The notes beneath the pieces are model-generated. The model was not told the DNA's origin and did no database searches. It was given only the letters and a program-made list of their open reading frames with translations. Shown in pieces: positions 35,689 through 44,889 of a DNA stretch of 64,000 nucleotides (its first letter is position 1; every line of letters starts with the position of its first letter). The stretch comes from a virus (taxonomy: Duplodnaviria > Heunggongvirae > Uroviricota > Caudoviricetes): positions 64,001-128,000 of IMG/VR virus record IMGVR_UViG_3300033273_000374. One strand, given 5' to 3'. The translations under genes were made by a program, and so were the position numbers.

Positions 35689-37065
35689 CTAGTATTTGCC
35701 TGTGTAGTTGCCTAGGAAATGCTGTAGGTCTTCTGGTGTGCCCAATCCCCACATGCCTGATCCTTCAATGTTTTTAACACGGATCTTACCGCCGTCTTCA
35801 ACTAATTCATTGAACACAGGACACACATAAAATTCGTTATTGGTGCGTATGTTCTTTTCAATCATACGTTCGGCACTAGAAACATATACACTACCATGTG
35901 CCCAATAATAGATACCAACAGTGGCATTAGTTGAGATGGGTTGTTTTTCAGCGACCTCACATACAAAACCATCTTCATCCAACTTGGCGTAACTCCACTT
36001 CGGATGCGTACTCTGGAAAGTGAGTATTCCTCCATCAACTCCTTCTGTGGTAAAAGCATAGAGAACTTCGTTTGAGTTCCATTCCACGAACTGGTCGCTG
36101 TTGGCAATGACAAGCGGTTCTTCATTGTTGATATACTCCTTTGCTAACAGTGTTGTACAGGCAGCACCTTCTGTGATGCCTTCAGTTTGCACAATGGTAC
36201 ATCCTGGTGCTACCATATTTAACACAGTTTCTAGATTGTATTTGTTGTAGTGTTCTTTCTGTACAATGAATATGTAGTTGGCGTCAATGTTCAAATTGTC
36301 CACAACTACCTGTATCATAGGTTTGTTGCCTACTTCTATCAATGGTTTGGGAAAGGTATATCCTTGTTCAGCAAAGCGACTGCCTGCGCCTGCCATTGGT
36401 ATTAGTACATTCATTGTTTTGCTCCGCCATGGTATACGTTGTTTGGGTTGTTCGTCATATTCTTCTATTGCATCCAGCACACGACTTAAACTTACATCAT
36501 GTGTGTCTGCTACTGCCAATAGGTGTGCACCTGCATCAAGCACAGCCTGTCTGCCTATGTGTGAATCCTCAATGATGAGTGTTTCACTGGGTTTAGCATT
36601 TGCTTTTAACATACATTCAAAGTACATTTCAAAGTGTGGCTTGGGTCTATTTACATCTTCGTTGCTGTACCAAAAGTCAAAGTATTCTATTATGCCTAGT
36701 TGTAGCAAACTCATTTTAACAGTGTCACGCACTGCGTTGCTGGCACACACCAATGTGTAGCCTCTGTCTTTGATTTCTCTACACATGTCCACAAAGTCTT
36801 GACGTGGTTGTACAGTTTCCTTTAGTATTTCAACAGTGTGCTTTTGCTTTGCTCTAGCAATTTCAGCATGACGGTCAGTGGGCAATCCTTTGCGCTCTGT
36901 GAGCATGTTCAGCTTGGACCTGGTGGGCAACCCGTCATAGGTGCTCAAATGTTCTTCTATTGTGATAGCATACTGTTTGCCCAATGCTCTGTTGAGTGCT
37001 TCATAGTGTGTTTGCTTGCTATCAATCAGCACGCCATCTAAATCAAATACTATCAGTTTGATCAT
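35689..37065 (-). CDS. HAD phosphatase fused to nucleotidyltransferase (GT-A-like)
   Basis: FDLDGVL...KP...IIEDS; then IPMAGAGSRF...PKPLI. Confidence 0.88.
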   Translation of the reverse strand: MIKLIVFDLDGVLIDSKQTHYEALNRALGKQYAITIEEHLSTYDGLPTRSKLNMLTERKGLPTDRHAEIARAKQKHTVEILKETVQPRQDFVDMCREIKDRGYTLVCASNAVRDTVKMSLLQLGIIEYFDFWYSNEDVNRPKPHFEMYFECMLKANAKPSETLIIEDSHIGRQAVLDAGAHLLAVADTHDVSLSRVLDAIEEYDEQPKQRIPWRSKTMNVLIPMAGAGSRFAEQGYTFPKPLIEVGNKPMIQVVVDNLNIDANYIFIVQKEHYNKYNLETVLNMVAPGCTIVQTEGITEGAACTTLLAKEYINNEEPLVIANSDQFVEWNSNEVLYAFTTEGVDGGILTFQSTHPKWSYAKLDEDGFVCEVAEKQPISTNATVGIYYWAHGSVYVSSAERMIEKNIRTNNEFYVCPVFNELVEDGGKIRVKNIEGSGMWGLGTPEDLQHFLGNYTGKY

Positions 37066-37492
37066 TCTTATACCGTTCTATATAATCACTGCATACACCA
37101 TCAAATGCATTTACGTCTATGTTGTCTATCTCTGGCATCACTGCTATAGTTCGTTTGTTTCCTATCTTGTTTGGGTATGCCCAAATCCAGCCTTTACTAG
37201 TTACTGTATAATCATCTTCCTGATGCCAAAAACAATGTATGTCCATGTTAAGTAATGCTTGTAATGCATCATAGTTTTTTGCATGACACCATAGTCTCTC
37301 ATCATGCAGGAAACTCCATTGCTTTACCAAGTATTGCGGTTCGTCATGTCCAAGGTAAAATTCTCTATCAATAAACCATAAATCTATTTCGCAATGGTAA
37401 CCTTTTGCCAGTGCTTGGTCTATGTATTCAATTGTGTTTTCACGTTCTGGCTGTTTTCCTGTGAGATTACCTCTGTGTGATATGTAGATCAT
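37043..37492 (-). CDS. Glycerophosphodiester-phosphodiesterase-like protein
   Basis: ISHRGN...EN, EIDLW, LGHD, CSDY. Confidence 0.75.
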   Translation of the reverse strand: MIYISHRGNLTGKQPERENTIEYIDQALAKGYHCEIDLWFIDREFYLGHDEPQYLVKQWSFLHDERLWCHAKNYDALQALLNMDIHCFWHQEDDYTVTSKGWIWAYPNKIGNKRTIAVMPEIDNIDVNAFDGVCSDYIERYKNDQTDSI

Positions 37493-38093
37493 TTATCATG
37501 TCCTTTGTATCTTGAAACATCACTGTTGATATTTCGTCCCATGCCATTGGTTTTCTCCAGTCACTTATATTGGGCTGGCAAAACAAGAAAGTTGTTTTGA
37601 AAAAAGTTACAAACAACAGATTAAACTGCAGTATCCAAAAACTAGGATCTATTGCATGATGATCACTGCTCCAATAATTTGGTGTGTCTTTGTAAATATT
37701 ATTGTGTTTGCCTTCTGTGCTATAAAAGTCATGTCCAATCATGATGCATATGTCTGCACCTTGTTTGCAAGCAAGATGTACCGCATGCAATCCACTGCCC
37801 CAATGAAAATGTTTTGTCCATTTGTGCATTTGTTGATCCCACACAAAATCAGGTAGTTTTTTTACTTGGGGAGTTGCAAAATCTGCAAACCAGTCTGGTC
37901 GTGTGTGAATGTTTCCTGTGTAACCATTGTATAGTGCTTCTTGCACCATGCGTTTGTCACAACACACAAGTTCATCACATGTTATATCTCTGTGAATAGC
38001 ATTTGAACCATACAGTTTTCCGTATGATTTAAACTGTTCTAAATCTAAATCTTTTCTACTTTCGCCATTGCCAATACAAAATGCTATGTTCAT
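37467..38093 (-). CDS. Hypothetical protein, Maf/MptE-like nucleotide-sugar-using fold
   Basis: IGNGESR, GSNAI, SG..AVHLA, MIGHD; start ATG 38093. Confidence 0.5.
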   Translation of the reverse strand: MNIAFCIGNGESRKDLDLEQFKSYGKLYGSNAIHRDITCDELVCCDKRMVQEALYNGYTGNIHTRPDWFADFATPQVKKLPDFVWDQQMHKWTKHFHWGSGLHAVHLACKQGADICIMIGHDFYSTEGKHNNIYKDTPNYWSSDHHAIDPSFWILQFNLLFVTFFKTTFLFCQPNISDWRKPMAWDEISTVMFQDTKDMINDLHITQR

Positions 38094-39175
38094 TGCACAA
38101 CTCCAAAGCCACTCCAGCGTATACCATCCAAGCACACCCAACCAATTGGGTTGCCTTGTGTGGGTTTACTGTTGAGCACAATGTCTCCTTTCTTAGCGGC
38201 ATATCCAGGAACACTTGCACTTTCGCTGATGGTGCGTCCAAGTAGTTCTAGTTTGCTGATTGCCACACTACCATCACTGCGCACAGTAATACCCACTTTG
38301 TTGTTTGCTCCTATGTTGATGTCTTGTCGTCTACGTGTGCCAATGTACCCTTCTTGTGCTTTGTGTTTACCTATCACAACTTCAGTTTCTTGATCCCACA
38401 CTGTGAGTGCATCAGTAGGGTCCATGGTGTTGATACCAACCCTACGATTTCCTGGTGTAGTATACAGCACATCACTGAGCAGTGTTTCTCCACTAACTTC
38501 TAGTTCGTTGAAGTTTCCTGCTTTGGACTGTGATAGTTTTGTTTCTAATCTATTAATTTCTTCGTCATAACTACGTGGCACAGGAACACTAACCAATATG
38601 TCGTGTTTGATACTGTCGTATGTTTCTACATCAAGTTCCAAGTGCTTGACACTTAGATTGTTTACACTTATGCTGTCTGCAACCAGTTTATTTTCAACAA
38701 CAACATTATTATCAAGCACAGTCAGCTGAACATCTTTTGTAAAACTTTCAATACCGTCTATACGCAATTTGTCAACACCTTCAAGTCTGTTGATGTTGCA
38801 TCCTGTAAAATCTATTGCATCATGATTGATACTTGCTTGAGGAAATGTAAAACTTTTAACAAGTTGGTCTATGGTTTGTGTTAGTATTTTGTCTACTCTA
38901 TCACGCACATATTGTTGCATCTGTGGAGTATAACTGTTTACAGCCGCAGCACTGCGTTCTTCTAAACGTTTGCTGGCTGCATCGTTAATTGCAATAGCAT
39001 CAACTGCTTGACGTATCTGTGCATTGATATACTGTTGCAGACGAGGATCATCCATGCGCTGTTGCACCATGTTGCTTACAGCACCTGTGATATCATATGT
39101 TTCTAGTTCTGCTTGCAGTTGTTGTTGTATCAACTGCTCAATTTGTTCTTGAGCGGCTTCTCTTAGCCTATCCAT
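38090..39175 (-). CDS. Hypothetical protein, probably virion-associated
   Basis: Coiled-coil N-half; C-terminal KGDIVLN..P....IGWVC motif. Confidence 0.65.
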   Translation of the reverse strand: MDRLREAAQEQIEQLIQQQLQAELETYDITGAVSNMVQQRMDDPRLQQYINAQIRQAVDAIAINDAASKRLEERSAAAVNSYTPQMQQYVRDRVDKILTQTIDQLVKSFTFPQASINHDAIDFTGCNINRLEGVDKLRIDGIESFTKDVQLTVLDNNVVVENKLVADSISVNNLSVKHLELDVETYDSIKHDILVSVPVPRSYDEEINRLETKLSQSKAGNFNELEVSGETLLSDVLYTTPGNRRVGINTMDPTDALTVWDQETEVVIGKHKAQEGYIGTRRRQDINIGANNKVGITVRSDGSVAISKLELLGRTISESASVPGYAAKKGDIVLNSKPTQGNPIGWVCLDGIRWSGFGVVQ

Positions 39176-39184
39176 TGATTTCTC

Positions 39185-39859
39185 CTAGAAGGAGATGTAA
39201 ACTATGTAGTCCTGATTCTTACTAAAGAGACTTTTGTACATCAACTTCTTTTCTACTTGAAAGTTTTTACTACCTAGGTCACTGGCAAACTTAGCCAGTT
39301 GCTTGAAATACATTGTACGTTTTGTCTGTTTGCTTACATGCACCAACTCATTGTCTTTGATTACGTGTGCTGTTTCTATCCACTGTTGTCTATCCTGTCC
39401 ATTCCACTGACGATGTTTTAATAGTATAGCATCACCATTTGAAATTTTCAACTGAAAAGGTTCATAAAATGTTCTTTGATTATAGGTCATGTTTTTGTAA
39501 TCTTTGATTGTGGTAAAGAAACCCATGCAGCAAAGTTTACTCAACATGGCCAACTTATCACGTTGCTCATCCTCTGTTTCGGCAACAGTTAGCCATTCGT
39601 CAGCAGCAATCACATAGTCAAAAGTTTCACCAGCAGCCAATAACTGTCCTGGATCACTTTCGCAGTCAACACAATCATAACCCAACTTGCGCAAGCCATG
39701 GCCCAAAAAATTTGTGCCTATGTTTAAAAACTTGCAATCTTTATCAAGTATCATAGTGCTTGGTCCAGCACTAAGAATTGTTTTGACTTTGACTTCGCTT
39801 GCTTCTGTCAATTGCTCAACATTGTCTACCATGCTGTAGACAAACTTATCAAAGTTCAT
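39185..39859 (-). CDS. Methyltransferase-fold-like hypothetical protein
   Basis: FLNIGT..LG..L...GYDC..; FDYVIA. Confidence 0.5.
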   Translation of the reverse strand: MNFDKFVYSMVDNVEQLTEASEVKVKTILSAGPSTMILDKDCKFLNIGTNFLGHGLRKLGYDCVDCESDPGQLLAAGETFDYVIAADEWLTVAETEDEQRDKLAMLSKLCCMGFFTTIKDYKNMTYNQRTFYEPFQLKISNGDAILLKHRQWNGQDRQQWIETAHVIKDNELVHVSKQTKRTMYFKQLAKFASDLGSKNFQVEKKLMYKSLFSKNQDYIVYISF

Positions 39860-39969
39860 TCAATATTTTTCCAATTCGTATAGTAATATTCTTACACATA
39901 TTTATCGTTATCTACAACTTATCATTCTAAATTTTATCCATCATTAAGTACGCATATAAATATTCTACA

Positions 39970-41133
39970 ATGGATATTGAAACTTATCTCTCCTACAAAA
40001 TTTACAGCGAACACCTCAACAATAGAAGTCTAATACTAGATTTCCCTTCAGTTCAAAAAGACGGAACACAAACAGGACACAAGCCACACAACAATGGAGA
40101 ATCTGGCCCGGGTTTTTGGAGTGTACCGTATGTATATGGAAGATACAAACACACAACTATTACCGACAAATATTTTGCCACACAAGATTATAACAACTGG
40201 ATAAGTGTACAAAACAAAAAAATTTTTTTAAATCACAGTTACGAACCTGTTGACTATGTAAATGACCAGTTCTTCTGGAATCCAGATTTTATTAAACCAA
40301 AAGATCTATTTTGTAATGCAAATGAAGATACTAACGATCGGATATTTTTACTACACAGTGAAAAAAACAGCAAAGATGTTGAAATTGCTATAGAAAATGT
40401 TTCATCTAGTTTGCAAATAACACCTGTGCATTGGTGTGCAAATGGTTATGTGTGTGCAGAACATTGGTACAAAAACTTTGGTATAGATATGTTTGCAGAC
40501 TGGCGTAGGCCTATAAAACACAAGTATGTGTGTATGGCACGTCAGTTTAATTCAGCAAAAAAATACAGACTTGAATTTTTAAATATGATCGATACCACAA
40601 AAGGCTGTTATAGTTTGCTAGAACGTTGTCTAGAAACAGGCATGACACCCAATGATGTTTTACCCAGCAACACTGTTTCTCCTTACAGTTTTGACGATCA
40701 CGGCAACGACAGTGCCTACATTGAAATGCGATTTGAAACACCTGTTAACACAAGTTTTTTGCATGTGGTTATGGAGAGTGTGTTTGATTGTACCAAACAA
40801 TATCTCACAGAAAAAATATTTAAACCAATAGTGCTGCAACAACCGTTTGTGTTAGTTGGACCTGCACATAATCTTGAATATCTACGTGAGTATGGGTTTC
40901 AAACTTTTGACCAATGGTGGGACGAAAGTTATGATACTATAGAAGATCCGCAAGAAAGATTGCATGCTTGTGCTAAAATTGTAAATAACATTGCTAACAT
41001 GGACACAGCAGATCTATATGAACTGCGTGAAAAAATGAGTAGTGTGCTAGAACACAACAGACGTCATTTCTACACACAGTTTGGTGACATTGTTTGGAAA
41101 GAACTAGGCTCTAACCTTTCTGCTGTTCTTTAA
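39970..41133 (+). CDS. Glycosyltransferase-like hypothetical protein
   Basis: ESVF...LTEKIFKPI...PFVLVG resembles the GT10-type C-terminal motif; TATAAATA at 39955-39962. Confidence 0.55.
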   Translation: MDIETYLSYKIYSEHLNNRSLILDFPSVQKDGTQTGHKPHNNGESGPGFWSVPYVYGRYKHTTITDKYFATQDYNNWISVQNKKIFLNHSYEPVDYVNDQFFWNPDFIKPKDLFCNANEDTNDRIFLLHSEKNSKDVEIAIENVSSSLQITPVHWCANGYVCAEHWYKNFGIDMFADWRRPIKHKYVCMARQFNSAKKYRLEFLNMIDTTKGCYSLLERCLETGMTPNDVLPSNTVSPYSFDDHGNDSAYIEMRFETPVNTSFLHVVMESVFDCTKQYLTEKIFKPIVLQQPFVLVGPAHNLEYLREYGFQTFDQWWDESYDTIEDPQERLHACAKIVNNIANMDTADLYELREKMSSVLEHNRRHFYTQFGDIVWKELGSNLSAVL

Positions 41134-41287
41134 CTGTTTTCTTAGCAATACGATATGCAATCCGTGCTGCATTGCGTAGTGCGCCACGATACTCTGTGCT
41201 AGGACGACCTTTATCTGTAGGTGACTTGTAATAACGATCCATAAAGTCACTGATCTTGTTAAAATTCTTTGCAGGTCCTTGATACAT
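41111..41287 (-). CDS. 58-aa basic protein (not in ORF track)
   Basis: MYQGPAKNFNKISDFMDRYYK... Confidence 0.5.
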   Translation of the reverse strand: MYQGPAKNFNKISDFMDRYYKSPTDKGRPSTEYRGALRNAARIAYRIAKKTVKEQQKG

Positions 41288-41289
41288 GT

Positions 41290-41646
41290 TTAGTCCTTTT
41301 CTATGTAACCAGTCCAGTTGTCTGGCAGTTTTTGTTTTTTGAATTGTTGCGCTCTTGCATACAAGTCTATATAGAAACTTTCTAGTTCACCTCCCCAACG
41401 ATTGCGGCAGTGTTCTATCATTTGTTCTACAAACGCAAAGTTACGCTTGTGATAATTTTCTATAATTTTATTGTGATTGTTACGCCAATGATCCAACTGT
41501 GTTAACTCTTCCAGCGGAATGCTTTTGGCATCTAACATACAATAACTGGGTATTTCCATACCATTGATAACAAGAGTATCAAGTTTCAGCATTATGTACT
41601 GATCCTTGAAAGCTTCGTATTGTTCTTCGCCTAATATTATATTCAT
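41290..41646 (-). CDS. Hypothetical helical protein
   Basis: 118 aa; sigma70 promoter TTGACC-17 nt-TATAAT upstream. Confidence 0.65.
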   Translation of the reverse strand: MNIILGEEQYEAFKDQYIMLKLDTLVINGMEIPSYCMLDAKSIPLEELTQLDHWRNNHNKIIENYHKRNFAFVEQMIEHCRNRWGGELESFYIDLYARAQQFKKQKLPDNWTGYIEKD

Positions 41647-41711
41647 AGTGCTATTATATATACACTTTAACGCATGGTCAATATAAATACACTATTGAGG
41701 GGACAAAATAA

Positions 41712-41804
41712 ATGAGTTGCATTCATCGTGTGAATATGATGGGAGCATTTTTGGTAGGCACTGTATTGGGAACAATGCTTGGTGCGATCTTTTGCGCACT
41801 ATAA
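41712..41804 (+). CDS. 30-aa hydrophobic peptide (not in ORF track)
   Basis: RBS GAGGGG; MSCIHRVNMMGAFLVGTVLGTMLGAIFCAL; TATAAATA at 41682-41689. Confidence 0.4.
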   Translation: MSCIHRVNMMGAFLVGTVLGTMLGAIFCAL

Positions 41805-41843
41805 TATTATAATAGCATAAATAGCTACGAAGAGAGAGAATCG

Positions 41844-42122
41844 ATGGACTTTTTGACTCTAGTAGCAGAGGTAGGCTTCCCAATTGCTGGCGCAATAGCA
41901 GCTGGTATATTTGTGTTTATCACACTAAAGTTTATCCTCGCAGGCGTTACAGACAGCGTAAACACACTTAAAAATATTATTGCACAACTAGATAATAGGG
42001 TGCAAACAATGAACAATGACTTGGTTAAGATTGATACTTTGCTAAGTTATGTGCTTAATGTTCGTCCAAACATTGATCGCATTGCAGCCAATGAAGGCAA
42101 GGAAGATGCAAGGAGAGATTAA
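41844..42122 (+). CDS. GFPI-motif single-TM protein (YvrJ/BhlA-like), paralog 1
   Basis: VAEVGFPIAG...; LDNRVQTMNNDLVKI. Confidence 0.65.
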   Translation: MDFLTLVAEVGFPIAGAIAAGIFVFITLKFILAGVTDSVNTLKNIIAQLDNRVQTMNNDLVKIDTLLSYVLNVRPNIDRIAANEGKEDARRD

Positions 42123-42328
42123 TGAGTGGTCTTAAATCATGGATAGATTACACTATACAACAAGATCCAAATGGTGATTTAACTGTGGTGCCTGATACAA
42201 ACTGGCCCACTGAATTGTTAGATAAAAAGTTATTTGAAGTTGGAGACATTTTTGTAGTCAACGAAACTGGCAAACTTGTTAAGATGGACAAATTAACAAA
42301 ATGGTTTATTAAAGGACAGTGGAAATGA
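42122..42328 (+). CDS. Hypothetical protein
   Basis: 68 aa, TAATG coupling. Confidence 0.55.
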   Translation: MSGLKSWIDYTIQQDPNGDLTVVPDTNWPTELLDKKLFEVGDIFVVNETGKLVKMDKLTKWFIKGQWK

Positions 42329-42386
42329 AACGAGTCAAAAAAAGTTAGTAAGTTCGAGTAGATAATGTTGAGAGAGGGGCAACGAC

Positions 42387-42722
42387 GTGGAATTGGATAT
42401 CGTAGGAGCGATTAAGGACTATGGATTTCCTATTGTAGCAGCAATGGGAATGGGCTATTTTATTTTCTTCATATGGAAATGGGTAACTGAAACAATTGAT
42501 CCTGTTATAGGTGCGACAATGATGACACTGATTAAGTTGGTTGATCGTGTTCGCATGCTTGACAATGACTTAATCAGACTAAATCAAAAACTTGCAATGG
42601 TACTAGAGTACAAGGAAGAAATTTCTCAAAAACATCCCGAACTGGCTGAGAGTTTAGATAAAGTTCTCAAAGAAAATAGAACACACAGTTCTAGTTTTGA
42701 CAGCACAGGAGCAAACAAATGA
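42387..42722 (+). CDS. GFPI-motif single-TM protein, paralog 2
   Basis: IKDYGFPIVA...; LVDRVRMLDNDLIRL. Confidence 0.65.
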   Translation: MELDIVGAIKDYGFPIVAAMGMGYFIFFIWKWVTETIDPVIGATMMTLIKLVDRVRMLDNDLIRLNQKLAMVLEYKEEISQKHPELAESLDKVLKENRTHSSSFDSTGANK

Positions 42723-42880
42723 GTAATTTTACCAGTTGGCTTGACCAACAAAACTCAGCTACACAAGCATATTTTAGACAACATCCTGTATGGAGCAACG
42801 AACACATGTATTTTGGGATTAGTTGTGGTTTTGTATGTGGTGTACTTGTAACTTGGTTACTGATGTCTATTTTGAAGTAG
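42719..42880 (+). CDS. 53-aa protein with C-terminal TM (not in ORF track)
   Basis: ATGA overlap; MSNFTSWLDQQN...GFVCGVLVTWLLMSILK. Confidence 0.55.
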   Translation: MSNFTSWLDQQNSATQAYFRQHPVWSNEHMYFGISCGFVCGVLVTWLLMSILK

Positions 42881-44879
42881 CGTGGTATACGCCTGACCAA
42901 TCTGCAGGTTTTCCAGCACTCATACGCTCAGTCATTTTGTCATAATACTCAGACATACTAGGTGCTGCTGACTTGTATTTTTCTACGTCACGGAACACTA
43001 CATCCCATTTGCCTGCATAATAGTTTTTGAGGAATTCCTTGTGCTGCTTGGTTTCTTTGTGCAGTGTGTAAATGCGCAGAGGAAGTTCTTTACCTTTAAC
43101 GGCAATATTATCTAACTCCCACCAATCAAAATCATCACTGGTCGCAGCAACAGTGTCTGGTCCTGCGATCATTAGCACACCATAACTTTTTGTTTGTGAT
43201 TCTAATCGTGCTGCTACACTAACTGGATCTCCCAAACAGTCATAGCCCATTTTACGGTCACTGCCAATGTTGCCCACAAGTATTAGTCCTGTGTTTATAC
43301 CTGCACCCATTCCAACCGGAGGCTTGCCGTCCTGTGCTAGTTCAAGATTAAATTGTTCAACTGCATCCAGCATGTCTTTGATTGTGCGCACACCATCATA
43401 GGCATGACGCTCATTGTCTAAAGGTGCACCGTGTATGTGCATACTAGCATCACCAATAAACTTGATAAGTGTGCCATTGTTATCAAGCACAGGGTTGGCA
43501 ATAGCAGTCATATAGCGATTCATTACAGTTGTAAATCCTTCAACGTCTGCACCATAACTTTCGCCAAGTCCTGTGAAGTTGCGCATGTCAGTCATTACAC
43601 AAGTGAGCATTTTTTCTTCGCCGCCCAGTCGTATTAGGCTTGGATCTTTTTGCAGTTGTTCAACCACTGTTGGATTTACATATGTTCCAAACTGCTTTTT
43701 GATCTGTTGCTTTTGGAAAAACTCTAATACAAATCTGTTGAACACTGCATGGAAGCCTGTGAGCACAGTTGTAACAAGTGGCATAGTGCCATCAATCAAA
43801 AACAGTTTGGTTGTCCAAGCATAGTAAGGTGCATATATTACACCTCCTGCAAACACAAGTATTGCGCCGCCTACAAACCAATATGGTGTAAAACGTGCAA
43901 GAATGACCAATAACAATCCTAGTATGCCTGTTGCTGCTAGTTCAGCGATGTTGCCCCACCATGGACGTGTGATTTGATCACCGTCTATCATAGTTTGCAG
44001 TGTGATTGCTGTTGGAATAAAACTAAACTTTTCACCTACAGGTGTTGCAACCAGTGTGGTTGTGCCTGCTGCAGTGGGTGCAATTATGACTGTGCGTCCA
44101 GCAAACGAACTAAAGTCATCATTGGCAGCACTGATTGTTTCAAAGTCTTTGTTGTAACGTAACCATATTCTAGTAAATGGATCTGTGTTAACAATAGGAT
44201 ATCCAGGTATGCGGATCTTTTCAACACCTGCTGGAGAACTTTTGATTTGATAACTTGGTGCACCTGTTGCAACACGAATAACTTCTACAGCCAATGAAGG
44301 ATATGTTTCTTCACCAATACGCATTATAAGAGGAACACGACGCACAACACCATCAATTTCAGATGCAGTGTTGGCAACACCAACACCTGGTGCGTTCAAC
44401 CCTAACAGTGGAATAGGACCTAACATACCATCCCATTCGTATAGGAAAGGCAATGGGTCACCTATTTTAGCAACACCACGTGGTACACCATTACGGTTTA
44501 TGTCTGTGCTGCCTGTTTGTGCAATAACAATTGCATTATCAACCAGTGCTTCTGCAAGTGCTTGGTCACCACCCAATCTATCTTCTTCACTCATTATAAC
44601 TGGTAGCACAATAACGCCTGCACCCTGTTCGCGCAACTTCCAAATTATGTCTGCCAGTTGACTACGATTCCAAGGCCATTGGCCATACTTTTCTATTGCT
44701 GCTTCGTCTATAGCAACAACGCCAATGTCTTTGCTTGTTTGTGGAGTATCTGTTTGTTGTAGTAAATCAAACTGTTTGAGTCTGAGTGTTTCTACTACTG
44801 TGCTGTCTTGATAGTGTACAAACAGTAGCAGCAACGCTGTGATTGCTGCTACTGTCCAGTGTGTGATTACTTTAAACAT
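42867..44879 (-). CDS. CHASE2-domain class III adenylate/guanylate cyclase
   Basis: YGQWPWNR and DGVVRRVPL (CHASE2), 3 TM helices, TDMRNFT, IKFIGDA, GNIGS...YDCLGDPVSVAARLES. Confidence 0.93.
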   Translation of the reverse strand: MFKVITHWTVAAITALLLLFVHYQDSTVVETLRLKQFDLLQQTDTPQTSKDIGVVAIDEAAIEKYGQWPWNRSQLADIIWKLREQGAGVIVLPVIMSEEDRLGGDQALAEALVDNAIVIAQTGSTDINRNGVPRGVAKIGDPLPFLYEWDGMLGPIPLLGLNAPGVGVANTASEIDGVVRRVPLIMRIGEETYPSLAVEVIRVATGAPSYQIKSSPAGVEKIRIPGYPIVNTDPFTRIWLRYNKDFETISAANDDFSSFAGRTVIIAPTAAGTTTLVATPVGEKFSFIPTAITLQTMIDGDQITRPWWGNIAELAATGILGLLLVILARFTPYWFVGGAILVFAGGVIYAPYYAWTTKLFLIDGTMPLVTTVLTGFHAVFNRFVLEFFQKQQIKKQFGTYVNPTVVEQLQKDPSLIRLGGEEKMLTCVMTDMRNFTGLGESYGADVEGFTTVMNRYMTAIANPVLDNNGTLIKFIGDASMHIHGAPLDNERHAYDGVRTIKDMLDAVEQFNLELAQDGKPPVGMGAGINTGLILVGNIGSDRKMGYDCLGDPVSVAARLESQTKSYGVLMIAGPDTVAATSDDFDWWELDNIAVKGKELPLRIYTLHKETKQHKEFLKNYYAGKWDVVFRDVEKYKSAAPSMSEYYDKMTERMSAGKPADWSGVYHATSK

Positions 44880-44889
44880 ACACTATTTA

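Noticed and set aside
42691-42900. 69-aa minus-strand ORF
   Set aside because: Antisense to a coupled plus-strand TM ORF (42719-42880) and has no RBS.
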